In this document: piece after piece, positions 13,591 to 25,293 of the stretch
How positions within the stretch are numbered: the first letter of the stretch is position 1
Layout: each line of letters starts with the position of its first letter
From: Schizosaccharomyces osmophilus
Lineage: Eukaryota
Direction: 5' to 3'
DNA: 64,000 nt
NCBI RefSeq assembly: GCF_027921745.1
Contig: NC_079239.1
Location: 2,666,001 to 2,730,000 of the forward strand
The notes under the pieces: generated by a model
What the model was told of the DNA's origin: nothing
Database searches by the model: none
Seen by the model: only the letters and a program-made list of their open reading frames with translations
Position numbers and translations under genes: made by a program

Positions 13591-15720
13591 ATGAATCAAA
13601 CCGAAAGCTTTCTTTCGGGTTCACAAACTTTTGTCCGTTTAATGGGTTATGAAGTGGTATATACGAAATGGACTGTTTGTTTTGCTCTTTTACTTGCATG
13701 CATAACATATGACCAAAGTAAGTGCACACACTTCAATAAAAAGGCTAGAAAAGAAGATTAGAAGAAAATGCTGTGCTTTAGGTGAACTCGTCATCTCCTG
13801 TAAAATGTAAGGTAGAGAAGAAGAGATTCTAGAAATGTGGTCGAGATTCTGTTGGACAGCCTGCACGAAGTAATTTTCAAGAAGAAGAGGCTCTATTTTA
13901 AAGTTGATTTTCTCTACCAACGATGGGTGGGATTTTACAATCCTATGGCCTCTACGATAGTCAGTGCTTTTCTTTTTAGCGTAGGTTCATGCTCCTTCTC
14001 TACCAACGATGGGTTGGGATTTTACGATTTTATGGCCTACCATAGTCAGTGCTTTTCTCTTTAGCGTAGGTTCATGCTCCTTCTCTTCGACAAGAAAAAG
14101 TTGTTCCTGTCTCTATTCTTGCAGGGGGCTTTGCATGGATCCATACGGCTTCTAAAGAACCGGGTTTCTATCTGTCTTTTTTTGTCTCTACTGACTTCAG
14201 TTACCATGTATTAACTCTGTCTAGTTTCTTATCAGTTTCAAAAGAGGCATCTTCCCGGTCCTCTCCTTAAGGTTCCCTTTATGGGATCCTTTTTGGACAG
14301 CATGAAGCCAACCTTTGAAAAGTACAAGACCAAATGGGATTCCGGTCCACTTTCGTGCGTTTCTGTTTTTCACAAGTTTGTCGTCATTGCCTCGGAACGC
14401 GACCTGGCCAGAAAAATCTTGAACTCTCCTAGCTACGTTCAACCTTGCGTCGTTGATGCCGGAAAGAAGATCTTGAAGCATACTAATTGGGTCTTTTTGG
14501 ATGGCCGTGATCATGTTGAATACCGTAAAGGTCTGAATGGCTTATTTACTACTCGGGCACTTGGTGTTTACTTGCCCGCTCAAGAGGAAGTATACAACAA
14601 GTACTTTAAGGAGTTTGTAAACCATAGCCAAGGAAAGTATACGGAATTCATGATTCCTTTCCGTGATATCAATGTTGCTACCTCTTGTCGTACTTTCTGT
14701 GGCCATTACATCTCTGACGATGCCATCAAACACATTGCTGATGAATACTGGAATATCACCGCTGCTATGGAACTCGTCAATTTCCCTCTTGTTTTACCCT
14801 TCACAAAGGTCTGGTATGGTATCCGTTCTCGTAAGGTCGTTATGCAATACTTCATGAAGGCTGCCGCTGCCTCTCGTAAAAGTATGGAAGCCGGTAATTC
14901 TCCCACCTGCATGATGGAAGAATGGATTCGCGAAATGATTGAAACTCGCAAGTACAACAGCAATAAGGGCTTAGATGGTTCTGAAAAGCCGAGTGTTTTG
15001 ATTCGTGACTTTTCCGATGAAGAAATCTCGCTCACTTTCTTATCCTTTTTATTTGCTTCTCAAGATGCTACTTCTAGTAGTATGACGTGGCTTTTTCAGT
15101 ACCTGGCCGATTGCCCTGATGTCTTGCAGAAGGTTCGCGAAGAACAATTCCGTATCCGTGGCGGCGATCCCAATGTACCCATCAGTTTGCAATTGCTAGA
15201 AAAAATGACCTACACCCGAATGGTGGTCACTGAATGTTTACGCCTTCGTCCCCCTGTTCTGATGGTTCCTTATCGTGTTAAGAAATCTTTCCCCATCACT
15301 CCAGAATACACGGTTCCCAAAGATTCTATGGTTATTCCTACTCTTTATGGTGCTTTGCACGATCCCAAAGTCTACCCTGATCCCGAATCTTTCAAACCCG
15401 AACGCTGGGAACCCAATGGACTTGCCCAACAAAACCCCAAAAACTGGATGGTCTTTGGTAACGGTCCACATGTTTGTTTGGGTCAACGTTATGCGGTTAA
15501 TCATCTAATTGCTTGTGTCGGTAAAGCTAGTTTAATGCTCGATTGGTCACACAAGCGCACCGTTGACTCTGACACTCAAATGATTTTTGCTACTACTTTC
15601 CCTCAAGATATGTGCTTGCTTAAAGTTACTCCTTTCGATCTCGCTACTTTAAAGTCTCACGTTGAGCAAGACGTCAAGTCGCAAGCTTCTACTGCTACTA
15701 CAATTCCAACTAGCGACTAA
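13591..15720 (+). CDS. erg5: C-22 sterol desaturase, cytochrome P450 CYP61 (intron 13718-14224)
   Basis: [10 protein letters not shown]-helix, [14 protein letters not shown] heme motif; exon 1 MNQTESF...CITYDQ joins [13 protein letters not shown] in frame. Confidence 0.95.
13910..14086. repeat. Tandem duplication of an ~86-bp unit inside the erg5 intron
   Basis: TTCTCTACCAACGATGGG...TAGCGTAGGTTCATGCTCC at 13910-13995 and 13996-14080, plus a partial TTCTCT. Confidence 0.92.
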
Positions 15721-16007
15721 GAATCCTTATAATGGTTCATAGGTCTCTTTACTAAAATATCTTTACTATAACGCTAGCCTCATATAATGGGTTATAGACA
15801 AAAGCGTGTTTATGAATTTAGCTCTACGGCTATCTTGGCCTTTGTTTTGCAAATGGCTTAATAATGCTAGTAATTAATCGGCTGGAATCTTTGGAAATAA
15901 TAGTTACTGAATATTAAAATCTCATATTGTTGTATTAAATTCATAATTCATTAAAGTTTCGTAATGGAGCATAACGTTTGGCAAGCAGCTGTATCATACT
16001 AGATAAT

Positions 16008-17879
16008 TTACAGTTCAATCAGGCTTGCTTCTTGAACATGTATTCCATTATCATCATCGTTTTTTTCGTCAGAAACTTTGCTATCATTCCGTTTTTGATC
16101 ATGGGAAGTAATGTCATCCTCAAAAGAATCAACTGGTTCAACATTATAATAGTTGATAGCATCATCAATGTTTTCATGTCCATTGTTTTCCTCTTGCTTT
16201 GGTTCATGTAATTTTATGTTCTCCATCTTCTCCGTCGGAACATCAGTATCTAACTCGTAGTAATTAGAAATTGGTTCAGGAGATGGTACAGACGTTCTTG
16301 TTTCATTTGATATATCCTTTGGCGCATCTTCATCCACAACTGTCTTTGGTACTGAAGGATTTTGAGGAAGAGGACAGGGTATTGACTGATCAGCCTTGAA
16401 AGGTACCTCATTCCTAGAAGAACTCAGTATACTTTGAGGTAGGTCAAAGGAAGGACCAGAAGGATGAAGGCGATAAGCGGATGAAAGCCTTTGGTCGAGC
16501 AGAGCGTCGTTTAAGCGCATGCACGTTTGAAGCTTTTGAAAAGCCTGCAGCAGTTTGTTGTATTTGCTTATAGTTTCGCCTAAAGACCTCATCATCGTTG
16601 TTCTCATATAACCCATATTCTCATGTAACTCTTGTAATTGATATTCCGTAAAAATTGAACCGGGAGGAGACTTCTTCAATTTTTCCACGAGTGTAGCATA
16701 TAGTGTAATATTGTCAGCGTCGGCATTGGAGATCATCGTGGTAGATCCTTGAGGCTTACTTGGGGAAGTGAATGGGGAGCCACGTAAAGTGGTAGAAACG
16801 GTGTGGGAAGGTATAGTAGGATAACTGTATGGTAGACTGTTTGTTTGTGAAGGAATATTAACCTCTTTTTGTTGTTTTGGAACGTTTGTAGCTTTTGCTT
16901 CCTGAAGGCTAATTTCTATGGCTCGTTTTAATTCTTCATCTTCATCTTCTGGAGGGCCACGGACATAGGAGTCTGTTTTTGGAGGTTTCGTTTCGAAAGC
17001 GGAAGATCTTCCTGGATTTGTTTCTGATTCTTTTAGAGATAGCTGAATAGCTCTCTTTAAATCTTCATCTTCTTTGTTCGGCGCAGAAGACTGCGTCTTG
17101 GGCTGGGATTTCTTTGACTTGCGAGATACACCTTCGCGATCAACGTTTGAACCTCTTTCCCTTGAAGGCTTTGCTTGTTCAGTAGGCCTATTCTTCAAAG
17201 AAAAACAAGATTCGCAAACCCGGACAGGAACATTTATACCAAGCTGGGGTAAGACCACTGTCTTTGAAGAACATTCATTGCAGAAGATACCACCACAGTT
17301 TCTGCAATGATGTTTTCTATTTGTGAAGGTAAAAGTAGTACGGCACCGCAAACACACTTGACTATCGGTCCATTCCGGAGGGGTAGACGTATCGAGAAAG
17401 CTACTGGAAATAGCTTGCGGCGGCTCGGGAAACGAATACTTATCTTCTTGTAGTTGCTCGTATACGTCCACGATGTACCGCATGCTAAAATTTTTCTCAG
17501 GGACTGCAAGTGCCCAAGACTGTATGTAGAAAAGAATAGCCCGTTCGACTTCTTCATCGACTCCGGATGGGGAGCGAAGGATGGAGACCAAATTATCCAT
17601 AAATTCTCTGGAAGCGACTTCATTTACAAAAGAGGAGCCGCCGTTTTTTAAGCATGTATCACAAAGCTTTAGTGCCAACAGCTGAACGTTTGGATTGGAA
17701 TGATCAATTCGTGATTTTAGAATACGCATGGCTGCTTTAGCGTCAATTGACTTGCTTCGAATTTTGTCAGAAATATCCAAATTTAAAGCAATTTCTTCAG
17801 CTCCAGCCGGAAGCGTTTCTGAAGTAGCCTTCTCTACGTCTACCGCAAATTCCGAATTCGAGTTCCACCACCTTGACAT
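16008..17879 (-). CDS. sst4: ESCRT-0 subunit Vps27 (VHS, FYVE, two UIMs)
   Basis: VHS N-terminus, FYVE RKHHCRNCG, UIMs EDEDLKRAIQLSL and EDEELKRAIEISL, C-terminal LIEL clathrin box. Confidence 0.95.
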   Translation of the reverse strand: MSRWWNSNSEFAVDVEKATSETLPAGAEEIALNLDISDKIRSKSIDAKAAMRILKSRIDHSNPNVQLLALKLCDTCLKNGGSSFVNEVASREFMDNLVSILRSPSGVDEEVERAILFYIQSWALAVPEKNFSMRYIVDVYEQLQEDKYSFPEPPQAISSSFLDTSTPPEWTDSQVCLRCRTTFTFTNRKHHCRNCGGIFCNECSSKTVVLPQLGINVPVRVCESCFSLKNRPTEQAKPSRERGSNVDREGVSRKSKKSQPKTQSSAPNKEDEDLKRAIQLSLKESETNPGRSSAFETKPPKTDSYVRGPPEDEDEELKRAIEISLQEAKATNVPKQQKEVNIPSQTNSLPYSYPTIPSHTVSTTLRGSPFTSPSKPQGSTTMISNADADNITLYATLVEKLKKSPPGSIFTEYQLQELHENMGYMRTTMMRSLGETISKYNKLLQAFQKLQTCMRLNDALLDQRLSSAYRLHPSGPSFDLPQSILSSSRNEVPFKADQSIPCPLPQNPSVPKTVVDEDAPKDISNETRTSVPSPEPISNYYELDTDVPTEKMENIKLHEPKQEENNGHENIDDAINYYNVEPVDSFEDDITSHDQKRNDSKVSDEKNDDDNGIHVQEASLIEL

Positions 17880-18880
17880 AGTGTAAAGAACAATTGGATA
17901 AAAGTATTACTAAAAGATTCAAAAAAGTCAGAATGAGTGGAAGTCCGTATAATCCCAAGATATTAGAATAACAAAGGTTTCGTTTAATGTTGTTCAAGCA
18001 GGAAAATGACAATTGAAATATAAGAATTACCAATAAAACGTTTCAAAATAACTAAACCAAAACCTATAAACAGCTAATTGAGGGCGAGTTTCAATAAATG
18101 TTGATGGTTCTCAGCAAAGCCCTTAGGTTGAGTAAATAGTTGCTTTCCTGGGGAATAGGGTGATTCCGTCGGCTTCAAAAACAATCATTAACGGATACTT
18201 GAAACTTGCATTAAATATATGGAATATAAATACTGAGACATGTCTCGAAATACGTTAGTAAACAAACGAAGCTTTTTGAAATTGTAATTTTTCTGCTTTC
18301 AGAGAGATGTATTTGAAATTACTAAAACAAAAACTGATTTTAAATATATATTATAGATGTCAACGGTTGCAACAGTTTGGTAAGAACACTTACTAAATGG
18401 AATACGTTTTGTGCAAAGCAAAAGGCAGAAGGTGTGTTTCAGAGTAAATGGAATATTCCACAAAAAGGACTATTAAAATTCATTGCAAACAAAAAAAAAA
18501 AAAAGATTTAAATGCTAGTGATGAGAAACCTAGGCGCTTTTTGGTCGTTTTTATAGCATGATAGAAACAATAGTACATGAAAGATTAAGCTAATAAGAGA
18601 AAGTAGAGACTATAATAAGAAAGATTAAATAAAACATAATCTCGAATAACAAGGAGGAGAAAAAGAGCCTTCAATCCTTTGCCTTCAGTCTGTATGCGTC
18701 TTCTGAATCATTCCTTCCATCTGGGAAGATACGTAGACAAGTATTTATAATATCAAACAATATCTATTATAAGGGTACTTACTAAACAAACATTGTCTTT
18801 CCCTACTGTAAGTGTTTAGACGAATACAGGGAGCTGACCAATCTTCCTTCTACAAACCTCCCATTTCTCATTTTGCAGAA

Positions 18881-20014
18881 ATGCCTATTCCTTTTGTAGC
18901 ACATGCCGTGCAATTTAATTACGATCATGTAGTTTTGTACTGGAAGACGTATCTAAAGGTCTTCTTTACTTTGGCTGCAATAGGCGGCTTCAAATTTTGG
19001 ACTATGGGTCGCTCTACGACCTGGGAGAGAAAGATGAATGGAATGGTTGTGATTGTTACAGGAGGAACTTCTGGAATAGGAAAACGAGTGGTAGAAAAGC
19101 TTGCTTTACTAGGAGCGCATGTTGTAATTTTGCTTCGCTCAGAGCCCGATCAATTTACAGTAGATTTGATTATGGATCTCCGAAATCGTTCAAACAATCA
19201 ATTTATTTATTCGGAAGTATGTGACTTGAGCTCCATGCTTTCCGTCAGAAAATTCGCTACGAAATGGATTGACGCTTCTCCCATTCGAAGACTCGACATG
19301 ATCATCTTGTGCTCAGGCTTGTCTCTGCCTCCGTACGTCGATCGCCAAGTTACTGCGGAAGGTGTTGAGTTACAGTGGGCAACCAACTTTCTAGGCCCTT
19401 ACCAACTAATGCGCATTATGCGTCCTGTCTTATATGGTCAACCCGGCCACAGGGACGTACGTATTATCGCTGCAACGTGCTCATCCTACGTTTTGGGTGA
19501 CATAAAGTTTGATGATCTTGCTTTAGATAATCACCCATACCCTCGATCGAGTCCCTGGAAGGTTGTGGGAAATGCTAAGCTTGCCCTTATGACTTATCTT
19601 TACGACTTTCAAAAGAAGGCACAAAACCACGAACGACCTGACAACATGCCTTGTAATATTCATACTGTAATGGTGAATCCAGGCGTAGTACGTACTCCCG
19701 GATTTCGGCGATTCATCTCTTTAGGTCGTGTCTGGGGATTACTCCTATACTTGCTTCTTTGGCCATTTTGGTGGCTGATTATAAAGGGCGCTCTGAAGGG
19801 TGCACAATCTTTTTTTCATGCAATCTGTAGTCCGGAATTCGGTGCCACTACTGAGTACTTGCTCGTTAATGAATGCACAATGATAGAACCTTCACGAAAG
19901 GAAATTCAAGATCCAGAATATGCAGAGAAATTAATCAAAGCTGCTGATGCCCAAATTGATGAAATTGAAAAGCAATACAAGAAGAAAGGAGCTTCAAAAA
20001 CAAGCAAAAAGTAA
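18881..20014 (+). CDS. pbr1: Short-chain dehydrogenase/reductase, Pbr1-like ER oxidoreductase
   Basis: TGGTSGIG Rossmann motif, N-terminal TM segment, basic KK tail; first ATG at 18881. Confidence 0.8.
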   Translation: MPIPFVAHAVQFNYDHVVLYWKTYLKVFFTLAAIGGFKFWTMGRSTTWERKMNGMVVIVTGGTSGIGKRVVEKLALLGAHVVILLRSEPDQFTVDLIMDLRNRSNNQFIYSEVCDLSSMLSVRKFATKWIDASPIRRLDMIILCSGLSLPPYVDRQVTAEGVELQWATNFLGPYQLMRIMRPVLYGQPGHRDVRIIAATCSSYVLGDIKFDDLALDNHPYPRSSPWKVVGNAKLALMTYLYDFQKKAQNHERPDNMPCNIHTVMVNPGVVRTPGFRRFISLGRVWGLLLYLLLWPFWWLIIKGALKGAQSFFHAICSPEFGATTEYLLVNECTMIEPSRKEIQDPEYAEKLIKAADAQIDEIEKQYKKKGASKTSKK

Positions 20015-20443
20015 TCGTTAGTCGCTTCTGTGCCGCTGACGAAACTCACTGCTGCCATTTTTTTGTTTATTCAATCATAAATTTTAGAGTCCGTTGCTCA
20101 TAAACTAGAGAGATACATTCAAAAACTTGTACGTCTCGGGAGCAAGAAAAATATGGCAACAGAAATTTTGCTGTATAGCAAGGGACATGGTGATGTTTAT
20201 GCATAATATATAAAATAGAAACATCAATATACATACAGAGAGAAGAGAATGTAAGGTAAGGAAAAGATATTTATGGTGTCTATTTAAGAATGTATGGTAA
20301 ACATGAATGGATGCTTTTCTACGTGCATGGTATATGTAAAATTATAATTAAATTCAATGACTTTGATATCAATAAAACCCGAATACCCAATAAAACCAAA
20401 AATTTTACTCTAAGCGTCTCATGCCAAAGGTACACATAACCTT

Positions 20444-21310
20444 TTACTCGGCTAAAACTTGACGCTTATGGCGTTGATAAGGCTTGAGTCTCCATTCAAC
20501 ATCGGCCTCGAGCATGTCCAAAGTACCCAATCGAATTTCGTACAAGCGCATCTCAAAACGGGGACCTGCCTCTGAAAGAATTACTTGTTTCGGGCCGGTC
20601 TTCGCGTACAAGTGATGGCGGAAACTAATATAGTCGTCGGAATTGGAAAAAGTAACGACTCTTGGCGAAGTTTCTTTAGGATCCGGGGGAAATAGAGAGG
20701 ACAAAACCTTTTTGACACGTTCGCCCAGCTTTGAGGTTAAGTTTTCAAGGATTAAATGAGGATAAGCTTCAGACATTGTACCCGTATTGGGGATGTCGTG
20801 GCGAAGAACGACATTATGAAGAGAGAAAGAAACGGTAGGACCATAAGGAAGATGTGAGATGACCATGCTGTCTGGGATACCTCGATGTTCATGCAAAAGG
20901 ACAATGTCAGTGATGTCGTTGGCACGAGCAGCCTCCACCAAACTCCCTACAACAATATTACCACGATTTAAACGGAATGAATTGGGAATCAACAGACGCA
21001 TTTCCTTGGCGAATTGGGCCAGACGCGACGACGGGTCACGACTTGTGGTGACCAAGACTCTTGGTTCCCGTTCACCCAGACTGTAATATTCATCGTCAAT
21101 TCCTAATTCTTCATCCTGAGCTGCTTTGCTTTCATCGTATTGGTAATCTTTCTGCAATTGAGTGTCTTGTTGAAGATCCTTATTGAGTTCCTTGTTGTTA
21201 TCTATAGCATGTCTCAATGAGCGTCTTTTTTCATTCAACTTGGCTTCTTGAAGATCTTTATTTCTTTTATAAATAAACTGACGCCTTTCTCTTGCTGCAC
21301 GACGAAGCAT
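20444..21310 (-). CDS. imp4: U3 snoRNP Brix-domain protein Imp4
   Basis: MLRRAARERR start, TTSRDPSSRL, HEHRGIP, EAGPRFEMRLYEI. Confidence 0.96.
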   Translation of the reverse strand: MLRRAARERRQFIYKRNKDLQEAKLNEKRRSLRHAIDNNKELNKDLQQDTQLQKDYQYDESKAAQDEELGIDDEYYSLGEREPRVLVTTSRDPSSRLAQFAKEMRLLIPNSFRLNRGNIVVGSLVEAARANDITDIVLLHEHRGIPDSMVISHLPYGPTVSFSLHNVVLRHDIPNTGTMSEAYPHLILENLTSKLGERVKKVLSSLFPPDPKETSPRVVTFSNSDDYISFRHHLYAKTGPKQVILSEAGPRFEMRLYEIRLGTLDMLEADVEWRLKPYQRHKRQVLAE

Positions 21311-22439
21311 AATGCGTTCTTGAAAATTTGGCTCTTGGCAGGTTCGTTTCAAGAGGCCACCCCAAACTCTCCTTGGTTAACCTTAGTAAACAGAATACCA
21401 GTGAGAAGAATGGAAAACTAATAATAAAGAACACAAAGTGGAAAAAAAAAAGCAAAAGAAATAAATAAAAAGGAATTGAAACGATAATTATTGATTGTAA
21501 TATTAAAAGAGGAAATCAACTAAGGATGGATCCAACTATGTGCAGATTATTATGTTAAAGACCATCAGGAAGAAAAAAATTCTACTGACGCAAAAGCGTT
21601 TCAAGTCATGCCCCAAGTACGATGATGATGTTTTCATCAGCTCTTTGTTTCCATTATTTACAATTTTCTAACGTTCAAATACTGGTATTCTGGCACTTGG
21701 GCTTCATGATTATATACGTTCGACACTGATGAACTTTTTGGCAAGATCAACTCAAAACCAGGGCCATTCGTAAGCAAATTCGAACTTGTCTAAATTATTT
21801 CAAGTCACTTCAGGCATGTAATATTTATTTACAATTCACTTACCAAAAACAAAGAAAAAAAAAAAAAAAAAAAGCCCTAACTGAAACTAAAAACTTTGCT
21901 TAACAGAATCATCAAGAGGTTCTCTGTGTAAAAGAATTGCCTTTATAAAATGATATGCGAGCACAAACAATTGTTGTTTTAAGTAAGCATTTTGTTCTCA
22001 TTTCAAAGTCTACAAATCCATCTTGCAATAGTTTTCTCAACTCTCCGATTTCAATTATCTTTTCATTCTTTCTATTTGGTATTAAATAATTATATCTTGG
22101 ATCTTCTATTACATTCTTTACGATTTCTTTTTGAGGCAATAGGTATCTACAAGTAACCCAAAAGGAATAACCATAACTGCTACCAACGGTCAAATTGACA
22201 TGCATGAAAATACGAGTGTCTTCCATTAATTGACTTTTTGTCGTAAGTAACCTCATAATTGCACTTCCATCTTTACGAATATTTAAATTACGTTGGATGA
22301 CACTTTCGTCACAGAATAATAATAGTATGTATATGCAATGAGTCGTACAAGTGATGTAAATGCCACTAATAAATTGGTATATATAGACTGGCTGGATGTA
22401 TATCTTTCTAGTAACTTATACTAAAAGAAGTAATCGAAA

Positions 22440-22773
22440 ATGACCAAATATCAAAAGGGAAGCAAAGTTGAATACCATCCTGTAAGTAACTATGATTATA
22501 TTAAGCATCTAAGATGATACTATGCCTGTTTCAAACTGGTGGAAAAAGAAGCTGTCATTTTGTTATAGCCGGTGAAATATTAAAAGAACAAACAAAGCTA
22601 ACAGTACTTTCAATTAGATTGGTGGTTCTACCGGAACTAGTACTTCTACCGGTACCATTCTACAAGTCAAGGATGACACCGGCAGTGATGAAACCCGCTA
22701 TGAAATTCAAAATGATCATACACAAAAGACCGCTACGTACAAAGAGCGCAACATCTCTCGCGTATTGGATTAA
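22440..22773 (+). CDS. 65-aa Hva1/DUF2945 Tudor-like small protein (exons 22440-22481, 22618-22773)
   Basis: GTAAGT donor, GCTAAC branch, TTAG acceptor; product MTKYQKGSKVEYHPIGGSTGTSTSTGTILQVKDDTGSDETRYEIQNDHTQKTATYKERNISRVLD matches the fungal V.Y.P.GG...G.I...RYEI.N..T.K....E.NI pattern; TATA-like TATATATA near 22378. Confidence 0.8.
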
Positions 22774-23510
22774 TGTGGTTTACGCTTGTTTCTATTTTTT
22801 TCATGTACAACTATCAATGCAATGAGATATGCTGATGACTTTTTTTTTTGTTTTTTCACATGTGTGAATTCTTTGCTTGTAATTCGCAATAGTAATAATC
22901 GTAAGTAAATTCGCCGTCATCTTCCTTCATTACCAACTTTTACGTCGTCCATTTCCACTATGTTGAAGTTTATGAATTCTTTGTTTGCAAGTAAAAATGT
23001 GAAGTGAAGGAGAAAAATATAGGACGCATCAAACAAACCCATGGAACGAATTGGTTCATGAAAAACAGTCTTCTATGTTTGAAGATGGTAGATTCAGAAT
23101 AATAGGACAAAGTCATTGGTGTCAATATCTGCGAGTTTAAGAGAAGGGAGAAATTATTAAGAAGGGGGAAAAGATCAATAAATTTAGAATAGCGTTCAAA
23201 GAATAATTATATTTGAAAGTCAATGACATAAAAAGGAATTGCTGCGCACAATTGCAAATGCTTTATACTTATGCTCTCATAACTTATATAAGACTCGCAA
23301 AAGGTATAAGCATCAAAGAAAAAGAAACCGAGTACGTTTATAAGTATACGGATGTTTTAAAATACAAAAGTGACACAAACATTCTTCATCAATTTCTCGT
23401 ATGCGTTCGCGTTCTTCAAAAAAGAAAATAGCCGAAAGACCATTTCTTTTCCGGATTCTGAATATGTTGTATGACAACATTTGCTTCTACTCGGTTACCA
23501 AACATACCCA

Positions 23511-25005
23511 TCACATAAACTCAATGCCTGCTCCTAATTGAAGACCTTTACGGCCTACATCGCCACCAGTAACCGCGATGGGGAGTGTAAAATTCAATTC
23601 AAAACGAGCAGCGGGTGATGCGTAAACAAGTCCCAAACCCGTTGATACGCAAGGATGCATGAGAATTGATTTGTAAGTGTTCAAGGGATTTTTAGCATCC
23701 AAGTTGGTTAAACCACCAGCATTAGCGAAAACCTGTAATCGGAAGGGCTTTGAAGCATCCAGTTTAGGTAAGGGGAACAACAAACTCGTAGAGAGTGCCA
23801 AATAAGCTGTACCGCCGAGGGAATCCTTTCCGTCTTTTGGTCCGAGGCGGTCCTCAGAGAACCCTCTCATACTTGTAGATCCGCCCAGCGTGAAACGATC
23901 ACATAAAAGAGTAGGTGACTCGTCTAAAGGCTTCATGGCGCCAAGGCGACTGGAAACGGCAAGGGTAACAGATCGTGTACGGTTCAAGGAAAAGGCATAC
24001 TGATGCCAAAGTTCAGATTTTAAAAATCTGGCATCCCCAGAAACTGGCCCTAGTCCGGCAAGTTCCATCAAAGCGCGGACATAGTTACCTCTTGAGGGAA
24101 GGGTTGGGTGGTCCCGTGTATCCACCATGTAAGAATAAGCAAGGGATTGTTTTATAGTATCACCCGCTTGTAACCGAATACTAGGAGAAGCATATTCACT
24201 CAAATGAGTAACTCGTCTCCAAAAAAAGTTTTGCGAAAGCTCATGCAAACCACGAAAACGATCTTGATGCTGCAAGCTTAGCGACAAACCTCTGGTAATC
24301 AATTCGTGACTTGAGATGGCCTTATTATCACGAACATTGCTATAACCGAGAACACGAAAGTGAGTTGCCGGGCTTGCATTTACGGGAGTTTCAAACTTAG
24401 CTGACATCGTAGCACGGTTTCGAGTACCATACGAGACGTTTCCAGATAGGAACTCTGCACCACCGAAAACATTTCTTGCCAAAACGTTGGCGTGAACATT
24501 TCCTTCTACATTGCCTACATCGGTTCCTGTTTCAAAGAATAATCGGGGCTTTTCTTTCACTTGAATAATAACGTCCAGATCATTTTCTCCAGAAATAGCG
24601 GATGAGGCGCGATCGATTTTAATGTTGGCACTGTCATAAATGCCAAAGGCCATTAACTTCCCCGTTGTTTCTTGAATATTGTTGAGAGTATCCAGAAGGG
24701 GCATACTCTTTATAGTTTTCGCGGATGGATCAACACATGATTGTAACGCTTTTTGAAGAAATCCTGCTCGAGTATTGTACGCTCCTGCCACTCGTATACT
24801 CGAAATTCCCACCGGCAGAGTGCTGTTTTCCGTCAACTAAGAAGTGTTAGCTTCGCTTTGCCATAATCGTATCTTTCTATCTAATTTGGCAACGTACAAT
24901 TTCAGAAAGGCTTCTCAATGTCTCTCTCGCTGACTGAATACTCTCCCTGTCAATAGGAGGAACATTTCTAGGTGGTACTGATTCCTGGCTTGACTCAGCA
25001 CTCAT
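23511..25005 (-). CDS. sam50: Mitochondrial SAM complex beta-barrel Sam50 (intron 24837-24897)
   Basis: POTRA plus Omp85 barrel, DRFTLGGSTSMRGF, ARFELNF; exon 1 MSAESSQES...LSEI spliced to LTENSTLPV. Confidence 0.93.
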
Positions 25006-25293
25006 GACTATATAGCCTTATTATTCAACTTTCTTCGAAAAAAAATATACTAGAAAGATATAAAGATCACAAAAAGGCAGTAAAATTCGTAGCTTTGCAA
25101 GTTCTGTCTCTGTGTACGACCTTGACTGTTGAAGAGAGATGAAAACACCTTCACTACTGTACGTGTCGTGTCCACTAAGAATAAAAATCCACTTTAGAAA
25201 CTCCAAAAGCTTTTGTTATTGATTCTCAATAAACTGAAATTTCCATATGCCTTGTTAGTTCAGAATTCAATTTAAAATAAGGTAGCGTTTTCC

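Noticed and set aside
21622..21733. ATGATGA ... CTGA, a possible C/D box snoRNA
   Set aside because: No convincing terminal stem and no rRNA guide that I could identify.
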